From Candidatus Thorarchaeota archaeon (GTDB taxonomy: Archaea; Asgardarchaeota; Thorarchaeia; Thorarchaeales; Thorarchaeaceae), in NCBI GenBank assembly GCA_004524445.1, contig SDNP01000024.1, positions 1-48,109 on the forward strand: a stretch of 48,109 bases of DNA, given 5' to 3'. The position numbers and the translations under genes are program-made. The notes under the pieces are model-generated. The model was not told where the DNA came from and did no database searches. It saw nothing but the letters and a program-made list of their open reading frames with translations. Positions 1-8,768 of the stretch are shown here, in pieces (the stretch's first letter is position 1; each line of letters begins with the position of its first letter).

Positions 1-1011
1 ACCATTCTCAACGAAGGTACTGATAATATCGACTTCAGTTGTATTGTAAGCTACATAGGATACCTGAAGTATCAGCAAATCACAGGCAGCAAGAATATCT
101 GCTGAAAATGTAGACATACTCGATACAGCATATCCCTGATTTACAAGCTCCATGCTTATGTTGACATAATCCCCTTGGATGTTGTAATGAGATGAATGGG
201 ACTGATCGAACACAACATGTCTAGTGAGCTGAATAGCATTGATGAGTATCTGCTCCTGAGCTTCTCCTGAATTGTACAGGTCGAAACCAAGGAGAGCAAT
301 GTGTCCTGAGCCTCTCGTGATATGATATACAGTAGAAGCGGTGCTATCCTCCACAACAGATACGCCCCCAGTTCCATTGAAACGCAATGCGCCATTGGTA
401 CCAGGAAATGTTGCATTGATGCCTCTTGATAACGCATCATCTGTATTCACTACAGTATTTGTTTCACCTGTATATGCATCAAGATTATATGTCATAATAA
501 GCCCTGTTTCGTTGAATAGGTGCAGGGTAGGACCATCTATTAATGCAGTGGCGGAATAGCAGTCCATTACTACAAGTACGCCACCGCCCTCCACAAAACT
601 ATCGAAGACTCCAGCCCAAGCAGCACCAATTGTTGTGATATTTTCACTGCTTAGTTTTTCCTGCTCCGGAACTAGTACCACATCATAATCCATTATGACT
701 GAGGCAAGTTCGGAATAATCAGTTAAGTTATCGACATGATAATCATTCAGAAAGTTTGCACGTACGATGTCCAAGGTGTTCTTGAGTTCTCCAGTTGCAG
801 AGATTTGAGAATCTGCAAACTCAGTGTAAACAAGCATTGACTTTGGAATCTTTTTGTTTGGCATGTCCTCTGAGAGTCCTACACCATCTGGACTATCAAA
901 TTCCGCAGAAATCGTCGGCATTGCATCCGATTCAATATTTGTGACAGAAACGGCAGATGATAGAAACAGCATGATAAGAAAAACACTCAGAAATCTTCTA
1001 TTCGTTTTCAA
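1..1011 (-). CDS. Secreted protein with tandem class I GATase-like (GIFT/DUF4350-like) domains; runs off the window start
   Basis: Not in the ORF track. TTG at 1011 has GGAG upstream (1021-1024) and the frame appears open to base 1. It begins MKTNRRFLSVFLIMLFLSSAVSV (signal peptide). Motifs include YDVVLVPEQ...FVEGGGVLVVM and HVVFDQSH...CDLLIL...EVDIISTFVENG. Confidence 0.8.
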   Translation of the reverse strand, partial: MKTNRRFLSVFLIMLFLSSAVSVTNIESDAMPTISAEFDSPDGVGLSEDMPNKKIPKSMLVYTEFADSQISATGELKNTLDIVRANFLNDYHVDNLTDYSELASVIMDYDVVLVPEQEKLSSENITTIGAAWAGVFDSFVEGGGVLVVMDCYSATALIDGPTLHLFNETGLIMTYNLDAYTGETNTVVNTDDALSRGINATFPGTNGALRFNGTGGVSVVEDSTASTVYHITRGSGHIALLGFDLYNSGEAQEQILINAIQLTRHVVFDQSHSSHYNIQGDYVNISMELVNQGYAVSSMSTFSADILAACDLLILQVSYVAYNTTEVDIISTFVENG

Positions 1012-1243
1012 AGATATATTCTCCTAACTCGCGGAGGATTAGAAGCAGAATTGGCGTGCTTCATCACTCCTTAGCGAAGCTAGAGAGGCGAGCATCAGAC
1101 GCATTTAAGTAGTTTGCTAGTCATAGCGTAATGCAAGAAAAAAGCCCCGTAGATTCCAGTTTCGCAGAAAAATATTCCTATCTCAAGAGACCTCAATTGA
1201 TTCAGCTTTGGATCAGTTAGAGGCATTAGAATGATGCATCCAC

Positions 1244-2326
1244 TCATTGAAACAAGTGAATCGCAAAAGAGCAAACATTATCACCATTCAGAATTGACTC
1301 TAGTATCTCAACCTTTACGGGCTTGCCGGTGATGCGTTCCCAGATGCCACGGTACCATCCAGCACCGCAATAGCAGTATGTTGGAGAAATGTCGATATCG
1401 GGATTCATCAATGATTCTCGAACGACACCACAGAAGCAATAATTGCACTTTTTTTCTAAATTTGATGTTGCATTCTCATAGCCTTCAGGATTTATGGGCC
1501 CTTTGGTTGAATAGATAGTGTTTTCCTCACGGTGAGGTTTTCCAAACCATGGATCTTCGGCCATGGCGACTAGGACTTCATCAATGTCTTTTGTTCTTTC
1601 ATAAGCAGCCCTTGGCTTTCTGAGACGTTCCTCGGGAAATCTATGCCCACACTCAGTAAGAATGTCATGCTTCTGGGATTCATCGGTTACGTCATCAAGC
1701 CTACTGATCGCTGAGCTGACCCATTGAGTTCTTGCTGTCGCCCCGGACTGGGGATGAAATGCCTCTAGCCCTTCGAGCACGGAGTTGCGCAAAACCGAGC
1801 CAAGTTCTCTGTCCAAGCCCTCAGAGAATTGCTCCAACCAAGGAAGAAGCTGAAATTGAATCTCAATGGTAGTTGACGGCTTGTTCTCGCCGAAATCAAA
1901 GAGAATCTCACGTTCGTAGCATTCAGAGAGGAGAAGTTTGTTTCTTCCCACGAAATCAACCAGCTTATTTCTGGTAGTATCAATCTCGTTTGCTGATCCT
2001 TTGTGCATTATCGAGAGAACCGTACCTCCTTCGAACTGGGAGCAATCAAATCCAGAATTCCCTGCAGAATTGGAAACAGGAAATCCGTACTCGATTTCAA
2101 TCGTTCCGTCTTGACGATTTGTTCCCCAGTGGTTGCGTACAAACGCCGGGCCTGCGATGTATTCTGTCAGCCCTTCCTCTAATTCAACTAGTTTGGAGCC
2201 AATCTCTGTAATCCATTTCTTGCCCCTGAATCTTTGACTGGCAACAGTCATGACATCCACTTGCTTGTAAATAATACCGAGACTCTCTAGAGAGATTGAT
2301 TGAGAATCAGAGTTAATATTCATCAT
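1244..2326 (-). CDS. GyrI-like small-molecule-binding domain fused to a Cys-rich DUF6144/V4R-like domain
   Basis: N-half has IEIEYGFPV...SIMHKGS...EIQF (GyrI-like). C-half has ECG, CNYCFC, YCYCGAGWY and PVKVEILESILNGDNVCSFAI. Confidence 0.65.
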   Translation of the reverse strand: MMNINSDSQSISLESLGIIYKQVDVMTVASQRFRGKKWITEIGSKLVELEEGLTEYIAGPAFVRNHWGTNRQDGTIEIEYGFPVSNSAGNSGFDCSQFEGGTVLSIMHKGSANEIDTTRNKLVDFVGRNKLLLSECYEREILFDFGENKPSTTIEIQFQLLPWLEQFSEGLDRELGSVLRNSVLEGLEAFHPQSGATARTQWVSSAISRLDDVTDESQKHDILTECGHRFPEERLRKPRAAYERTKDIDEVLVAMAEDPWFGKPHREENTIYSTKGPINPEGYENATSNLEKKCNYCFCGVVRESLMNPDIDISPTYCYCGAGWYRGIWERITGKPVKVEILESILNGDNVCSFAIHLFQ

Positions 2327-2406
2327 GAAGTGGAGAATTTGGATGCTATATATCCGGTTGCATCAACGTAGCTATTCATTGATTGAGATTCGAAGAAAGG
2401 TCCAGC

Positions 2407-2952
2407 TCACGCAATAGCTACCCTGATGGGGGTGAGTGGGGTCGTGACAATGGCTTCATTGGATCCGTCAAAGGTAACCAATACTCTCAGAAACAGATCT
2501 TCCTCATAGGCACGGAATCTACCTCGAGGCACAAATTTGCTGTGGATTTCATACAAGAACAGATTCCTTGATTCAGCCTGAACAGTACGGTTCTTCCGGT
2601 AAGATAAATCAAAGGTATAAATTATAGATAAATTCTGTCTGAATAGTGTTGCTTTCACAGTATCGAAATCTGTAATGTCACTTGCCCCAAGATTGGACAC
2701 ATTTACTGTGAGATCGAAACCAAGATGGTAGTATCCTTCGTGTCCTATGGCTCCGCGCAAGTTGTCCATTATTGCATTCATCTGTAGGTCCTGAACTTGA
2801 ACAGGATTCACGATATATCCTGGAGCTCTTGGTGGAGCGGGTAGGGGATCAGGTTCTGGCGGAGCCAGAGTCCATTGCCAAAGAAGAATAGCAGTGATAC
2901 CTATAACGGACAGAATTATGATTGCCGATGCTGCAGTCTTTCGATTCCTCAA
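2407..2952 (-). CDS. Hypothetical membrane-anchored protein
   Basis: N-terminal hydrophobic helix, Pro-rich linker, then a beta-rich domain. Confidence 0.7.
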   Translation of the reverse strand: MRNRKTAASAIIILSVIGITAILLWQWTLAPPEPDPLPAPPRAPGYIVNPVQVQDLQMNAIMDNLRGAIGHEGYYHLGFDLTVNVSNLGASDITDFDTVKATLFRQNLSIIYTFDLSYRKNRTVQAESRNLFLYEIHSKFVPRGRFRAYEEDLFLRVLVTFDGSNEAIVTTPLTPIRVAIA

Positions 2953-3196
2953 TTGGTTCCCCCGATGAATATTGCGACTTGTGCATCTAAATCCTTTATC
3001 CCAAAATTATACATTGCTTGTGAAAATGCTACGCCACCAAAGTAACTTGCATCTATTTCACAACAATTAACTTCTAGTTTAGCTCGCATATCCTGGCGAA
3101 AAAGATGGCCCTAAAGATGGAGTGTATTTCCGCATTGATATCATCACACACTAGACAGAGCATCTTGACCGCAACAGACACAATGATGGTGACCTA

Positions 3197-4495
3197 ATGA
3201 CCAAACTACAGAAATCCAAAGAAATCTATGAATCTGCAAAAGGGTACACTGTGAGAGGTGTACAGACTAATTTCAAATACATTCAGCCTCATCCAATTTA
3301 CTTCGAAAGAGCACAAGGATCCCGAATCTGGGATGTTGATGGAAACGAGTACATCGACTGCGTCATGAATTTTGGTCCCTGCATTCTTGGACATGGACAT
3401 CTGAAGGTCTTGGAAGCAGTAAGAAATCAGTTGGAAACCGGCCTTACAGTCGGACTGGAAACGGAGCTCAGTCTAGAGGTTTGCAAGAAACTTACTGGGA
3501 TGATTCCCTCAGCAGAATCCGTAAGATTATCGAACACTGGCACTGAAGCCATGATGCACACCATCCAGATGGCCAGAGCTTTCACTGGTAAATCCAAAAT
3601 CGCGAAGATTGAGGGGGGTTACAATGGCTGGTCTGACGATATGTTGATCAGCTATCACCCTCCATTGGACAAAGCAGGTCCTGCAGATTTACCGAATGCA
3701 GTTCCCGATTCTTCGGGGCTTCGAGCAGATAGCACAATTGTGATACCCTATAATAACGCGGATATTGCTAGAAAGATAATATCAAGAAATCATGATCAAT
3801 TAGCGGCTTTGATCATTGAGCCAATCATGATGAATTTAGGATGCGTGCTGCCTCGGGAAGGTTACCTTCAAGAGATAAGAGAAATCACAGAAGAGAATGA
3901 TGTACCACTCATTTTTGATGAGGTGAAGTGTGGATTCAAGCCAGCACCAGGCGGAGCACAGGAATACTACGGTGTAACTCCGGATGTGACTGTGCTGGCA
4001 AAGGCGATTGCAAACGGATTTCCACTGAGCGCAGTGGTTGGAAAGAGCGAAATAATAAATGTTACAGACCCAGTCGATGGCAAGGTATTGTACGGGGGCA
4101 CCTATAATGGCAACCAAATGGCGGTAGCTGCGGCGTCTGCAACATTAGATGAGTTGCGAACAGGAGAAGTACAAGCATACCTGAACAAGTCAACCCACAA
4201 TCTCATTGAGACCTTCCATCGAATAGCAGAAAATGAAGGAATCTCAGCTAGGATGCAAGGCATAGGAGGTAATTTTCAGACATACTTCACCGATGAAGAG
4301 GTTGTGGATTATCGGTCCACCTTCAGTGTTGAGAAGGAGAAATACGACATCTTCCAAAAGGTCATGTTTGAGGAAGGAATCTACTTCTGGCCTGCGCATC
4401 TGTTTTGCCATGGCATATCTGCGGCTCACGTTGAGCGGGATTTGGAGAAACTCTGCGATGCAATGGAAGCGGCAATGTCGGAGGTTAAAAAGTGA
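3197..4495 (+). CDS. Class III PLP aminotransferase, glutamate-1-semialdehyde aminomutase-like
   Basis: WDVDGNEYID, GPCILGH, NTGTEA, LIFDEV and PLP lysine in LAKAIANGFP. Several HemL-typical residues differ, so it is not called hemL. Confidence 0.9.
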   Translation: MTKLQKSKEIYESAKGYTVRGVQTNFKYIQPHPIYFERAQGSRIWDVDGNEYIDCVMNFGPCILGHGHLKVLEAVRNQLETGLTVGLETELSLEVCKKLTGMIPSAESVRLSNTGTEAMMHTIQMARAFTGKSKIAKIEGGYNGWSDDMLISYHPPLDKAGPADLPNAVPDSSGLRADSTIVIPYNNADIARKIISRNHDQLAALIIEPIMMNLGCVLPREGYLQEIREITEENDVPLIFDEVKCGFKPAPGGAQEYYGVTPDVTVLAKAIANGFPLSAVVGKSEIINVTDPVDGKVLYGGTYNGNQMAVAAASATLDELRTGEVQAYLNKSTHNLIETFHRIAENEGISARMQGIGGNFQTYFTDEEVVDYRSTFSVEKEKYDIFQKVMFEEGIYFWPAHLFCHGISAAHVERDLEKLCDAMEAAMSEVKK

Positions 4496-5664
4496 GAAGA
4501 AACAGAAACCAAATTGCAGATAGATCGAAAAGCGTCAGCCATTCCGGTATTCGCGAGATGTACAACCTGTCTCTTGGTGATACAGAGGCAATCCATCTGG
4601 AAATCGGAGAAGCAGACTTCCCCACACCTAGATTCATCATTGAGGCAGCTAAGAGAGCTATGGATGAAGGATTCACCGGTTATACGCCAAATTCGGGTTA
4701 TTTGGATTTAAGAGCCGCCATTTCAGAGAAATTGGAACGAGAAAACTCGATGATAGCAAATCCCGCATCCGAGATTATTGTGACTTCTGGTGCAATGCAA
4801 GCTCTATCCCTTGCAATTCTAGTTACAGTCAATCCGGGTGAAGAAGTCATTATTCCAGACCCGGGATACGAGAGCTTCAGTAGGCAAGTCAAATTTGCTG
4901 GTGGCGTGCCGATCCCCGTTCCAGTAAGGGAGAAGAACAATTTTTCCTTTGATAGTAGCGAACTAGCGCAAGCTATTAGCGGTAAATCGAAAATGATCAT
5001 CATAAACACCCCCAGCAATCCAACAGGAGGGATGATGAAAAAGGCGGAGTTAAGGGAAATAGCTGATCTCGCTGAACAGCACGACTTGCTGGTCCTATCT
5101 GATGAGATTTACGAGAAGATAGTATACAACGGAGAGGAGCACGTAAGCATCGCGTCAATATCGGGAATGGAGGAGAGAACCGTCACAATCTTTGGTTTCT
5201 CAAAATCACATTCTATGACCGGATGGAGAGTCGGTTATGCAGTTGGAAACAGCAAAATCGTTGAAGAGATGAACAAGATACAGGAATTCTATGTTACATG
5301 TGCTTCATCTATATCCCAGCGGGCAGCGCTTGCAGCCTTGCAGGAGGGTAACAAGTCGGTTAGCGAAATGGTCACTCAATTACAGCAAAGAAGAGATTTC
5401 CTTCATGAAGAACTATGCAGACATGACATGATTCACTCTACTAAACCAGTAGGAGCATTCTACCTTTTTCCAAATATAGCCAAATTTGGACGGCCATCTA
5501 CAGATGCCGCCAAGTTTCTCTATGAGAATGCATCTGTCGTTACTGTGCCCGGAGTGGCATTTGGCGAACATGGAGATAAGCACTTGCGTCTGTGTTTTGC
5601 CAAATCAAAAACTGACTTACAGGCTGCTGTAGAAAGAATACATACAGCTCTTGATGAGCTTTGA
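4492..5664 (+). CDS. Class I/II PLP aminotransferase (aspartate aminotransferase family)
   Basis: LEIGEADF, NTPSNPTG, SDEIYE, FSKSHSMTGWRVG, GAFYLF; GTGA overlap with the upstream gene. Confidence 0.93.
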   Translation: MRRNRNQIADRSKSVSHSGIREMYNLSLGDTEAIHLEIGEADFPTPRFIIEAAKRAMDEGFTGYTPNSGYLDLRAAISEKLERENSMIANPASEIIVTSGAMQALSLAILVTVNPGEEVIIPDPGYESFSRQVKFAGGVPIPVPVREKNNFSFDSSELAQAISGKSKMIIINTPSNPTGGMMKKAELREIADLAEQHDLLVLSDEIYEKIVYNGEEHVSIASISGMEERTVTIFGFSKSHSMTGWRVGYAVGNSKIVEEMNKIQEFYVTCASSISQRAALAALQEGNKSVSEMVTQLQQRRDFLHEELCRHDMIHSTKPVGAFYLFPNIAKFGRPSTDAAKFLYENASVVTVPGVAFGEHGDKHLRLCFAKSKTDLQAAVERIHTALDEL

Positions 5665-5779
5665 CGAATCTTCTGGGTGCCGAACTAATGTGACAAGGCG
5701 TTCATAATCCCAGAAAAATTAAGATACTAGAATCTCATAAGGCTGCTACCAGCTGAAGGTCTGGGTTCGGTGGGATATC

Positions 5780-7123
5780 GTGGAAGAAACAGGTTTGGAG
5801 AGAGTGGGAAAAGAGGTACTGCAGAAGGCGGGCATAGAGAAGAATGTTATTGTAAGAATGTCATCTGATGATTTGGGTCTAAAGCCAAGATTTGAAGTGA
5901 CACAGGATGGACAATTGGAAATCACTGCAATTCACGAGGCCGAGGTACGAAGGCTAACGGGAAGGTTTGTAGTAAAACAGATGTTTCCAGGTTACAAGTG
6001 GCTACTAGCTGCACATCCCTATCGATTCGCTGTGATTCCTTCACTTCTCATCGTACTCGTAACCCTCTTGGAGCTTCTCGGGATTACTGCGTTTCAGGAT
6101 TTGTCCATATCGATATCTATTATCAGTGAGATAATCATAGCGTCCATTCTAATCTTCTTTTCCTACACCGCATCCCTGAGATACCACAAATGGAAGAGTG
6201 AGTTCTCAGAGTATATGAGAGAAATTGATGCAGTGACAGCCTATGATGGAGATGAATATGAGACGGACCAACATGCATCAGTTCTTACCATGGCGTCCAG
6301 TGCCGGAATTTCTATCCTGTTGTTGATTCTCAAATCAGAGGTATCCGCTATTGAGTTAGATATCATCTCACCAATAGCCCTAGTAGCTCTATTTGCGTCG
6401 GCCCTCACCTTGTTTGTTGAGATGCAGAGGGGGTTCTTTGATGAGAGCTGTTTTGATGAAACTGACTGGATTGATGACGAACTTCGAGACCCTACTACAT
6501 CCGAAGCCAATATCGCCAGCAGACTAAGTGCCCAGATAGCGGGAGAGATAGATGAATTGAACCTCTCCGATTATTTCGAGAGAGAAACAGGATTGGATGC
6601 ATCGAAAATTGATGTTGATTATAGGGAGATTCCATTCCCACACTGCAGGCTATTCCATTATTATACAGACGAGGATACTCTCATCTTCGAAGTCAATGAT
6701 CTAAATCAATCATCAGCAATCCATTTTGTTGATTCCCGGCTTCGTAGATTAGCAACACCTTATTTCAAAGAATTGGGTCTTCGTTGGAGAGTGCTGATAA
6801 TTTTCAATCTACTATTTCTGATCTTTTTCTATTTGACACTTCCACTAGTTTGGTACGCATTCGGAATTTTAGGTGGCCAACTCACCCTGCTAGCTGGCGG
6901 TATCATAATGATGGTGACAAGTTGGATCAATTATAAAAATCACCAAAAAGCCCAGGAGTCTTACCGGTCATTGTTGGATGAGTCCAAGTATATGACCGAC
7001 TATGACAAGCAGTACTACTACGATAGCCTCTTTGCCAACATGACTGCATATGACATAAAATTGCTGGCGGCATTTCTAGTCTTAGCCGCCATTGTGGAGT
7101 TAATCATCTATCTGTTGCTCTAG
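5780..7123 (+). CDS. Hypothetical multi-pass membrane protein with internal duplication
   Basis: 447 aa ORF with about 7 hydrophobic segments in two similar halves. Confidence 0.75.
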   Translation: MEETGLERVGKEVLQKAGIEKNVIVRMSSDDLGLKPRFEVTQDGQLEITAIHEAEVRRLTGRFVVKQMFPGYKWLLAAHPYRFAVIPSLLIVLVTLLELLGITAFQDLSISISIISEIIIASILIFFSYTASLRYHKWKSEFSEYMREIDAVTAYDGDEYETDQHASVLTMASSAGISILLLILKSEVSAIELDIISPIALVALFASALTLFVEMQRGFFDESCFDETDWIDDELRDPTTSEANIASRLSAQIAGEIDELNLSDYFERETGLDASKIDVDYREIPFPHCRLFHYYTDEDTLIFEVNDLNQSSAIHFVDSRLRRLATPYFKELGLRWRVLIIFNLLFLIFFYLTLPLVWYAFGILGGQLTLLAGGIIMMVTSWINYKNHQKAQESYRSLLDESKYMTDYDKQYYYDSLFANMTAYDIKLLAAFLVLAAIVELIIYLLL

Positions 7124-7131
7124 AAGCTTGG

Positions 7132-7602
7132 CTAGCCTTTTGCATTCTTTAGCGGTTCGAGATGAGTCTTGTACTGCTCATCGTTGGGAACAAGCTCCAC
7201 AGCCTTTTCTGCTGCCGCAATGGCATCATCAAGCTTGTTTTTCTCCATGCTTGCACCAGACTTGATGTAGTACAACGCAGCTTTAGTTGTTAAATCATCC
7301 ATGTCATTCTGAAGCGCAGTGTCTGCGACAGATGCGGCATCATCCCAGCTCTTGTTCTTTACATAAGACATCGCTAGGAAGTAACTGATTTCAGGCAAGG
7401 GCTGTACAGAATGAGCTTTCTTGAAGTGTTCAATAGCCTTGTCAATTTCTCCAGTTTCAAGATAACATCTACCATAGTAGTATGCGACACGCCAATCGTC
7501 CGGCGCCATACCCTCAGCAGATTTCAAGTCTAGCAATGCGATCTTAACATTTCCTTCATTCAAATTTTTCTGAACTTTTTTTAGTATCGGTTCAAGCGAC
7601 AA
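7132..7602 (-). CDS. Tetratricopeptide repeat protein
   Basis: TPR patterns AYYYGRCYLETGEIDKAIEHFKKA and DDAIAAAEKAVELVPND. Confidence 0.9.
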   Translation of the reverse strand: MSLEPILKKVQKNLNEGNVKIALLDLKSAEGMAPDDWRVAYYYGRCYLETGEIDKAIEHFKKAHSVQPLPEISYFLAMSYVKNKSWDDAASVADTALQNDMDDLTTKAALYYIKSGASMEKNKLDDAIAAAEKAVELVPNDEQYKTHLEPLKNAKG

Positions 7603-7686
7603 ATTCGTACTTCATCGATGAATCTCAAACCCAATAATATAAGTCAATATTGGGTTTACTGCTCCAAATATACGAGGGTCGCTATC

Positions 7687-8517
7687 TCAGATTTCTTTGT
7701 ATGCCACATCAGGATCCTCAATGCCCTTTGTGATGTTATAGTCAATTATCCGACCCATGAGACGAGAGTCCAAAATGCAGGATATCGCATCTTCTGGGCA
7801 GACTATCTCGCAAGACAAACAAAGAATGCAGTCACGACCCCACTCTGGAAGTCCATCGTCATCAAGAAGGATGTTTTTGGTCGGGCACACATCGACACAT
7901 TTTCCACAACTTATGCAGGCTTCTTCATCAACAGAAAACGTCCGGCTAATCAGATTGTTAGTCACCCATCTCTTGGAAGCAAGTCGCTCAAGTCGATACA
8001 TTCTAGGAGGCTTGGGGTCCAATTCCTGTACTAGGAACCCACTATCGTGATATCTATTAACTAGAGAATCGGCGAATTCCGATAGTTTACTCATATCGGC
8101 TTCGGTTGGGTTATCAGGGCAAAAGAGAACCCCTTTTCTTGTGTATCCGGGGAAATGATTGGTGCCCCTTATTTTCATATAGCCTATATCACGGCCTCCC
8201 TTCTCTGCGAGTCGTTCTCTGATATCGTTTCCTGTATCGCCGACATGAAGGCTGTATAAAGCAAAAACAAAGAACGATTTCCCGTCTAATGCAGGGATTT
8301 CGTCAAGAATCTCCATAACGACAGCTGGAGGCCGAAAGAAAAATGTTGGCGCTCCGATGCCCAGGACATCATAGTCATCAATCAGTGGAAACGATTCTTC
8401 CAGAATGTTGACGGTATCAACTGACCAATCTTGTTCTTGCAAAGCTTCCGTTAATGATCTGGCAACCTCTGCGGTTGAACCCATCTGAGAGAAATAACCA
8501 ATTAGGCAGCTAACCAT
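7687..8517 (-). CDS. Flavodoxin-ferredoxin fusion (EFR1-like)
   Basis: YFSQMGST flavodoxin loop, GIGAPT, and two CxxCxxCxxxCP motifs (CISCGKCVDVCP, CILCLSCEIVCP). Confidence 0.9.
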   Translation of the reverse strand: MVSCLIGYFSQMGSTAEVARSLTEALQEQDWSVDTVNILEESFPLIDDYDVLGIGAPTFFFRPPAVVMEILDEIPALDGKSFFVFALYSLHVGDTGNDIRERLAEKGGRDIGYMKIRGTNHFPGYTRKGVLFCPDNPTEADMSKLSEFADSLVNRYHDSGFLVQELDPKPPRMYRLERLASKRWVTNNLISRTFSVDEEACISCGKCVDVCPTKNILLDDDGLPEWGRDCILCLSCEIVCPEDAISCILDSRLMGRIIDYNITKGIEDPDVAYKEI

Positions 8518-8768
8518 TCAATATGCCCCTGATGTGTTTCGGAGGGTATAATGCACGTTAACTCTTTTCATTGGGGTAATTCCGCTATTCTCGGAGCATT
8601 TTATTTTGTGCATATGCTCTATCCGCATCAGTTTTTGAAAGAGCCCCCCAGTTTGTATCAACTAAGAAAAGATGAAATACCCGCATGCGGGAAAAAAGAG
8701 TGGACATGGGCAAGTGTCCATGGATGAAAGAATGGACAACTCCGGCATAAGTTCATTTATTTGGACTG

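Noticed and set aside
156-559. ORF-track entries 156-440 (-) and 341-559 (+)
   Set aside because: These are shadow frames of the longer minus-strand gene at 1-1011.
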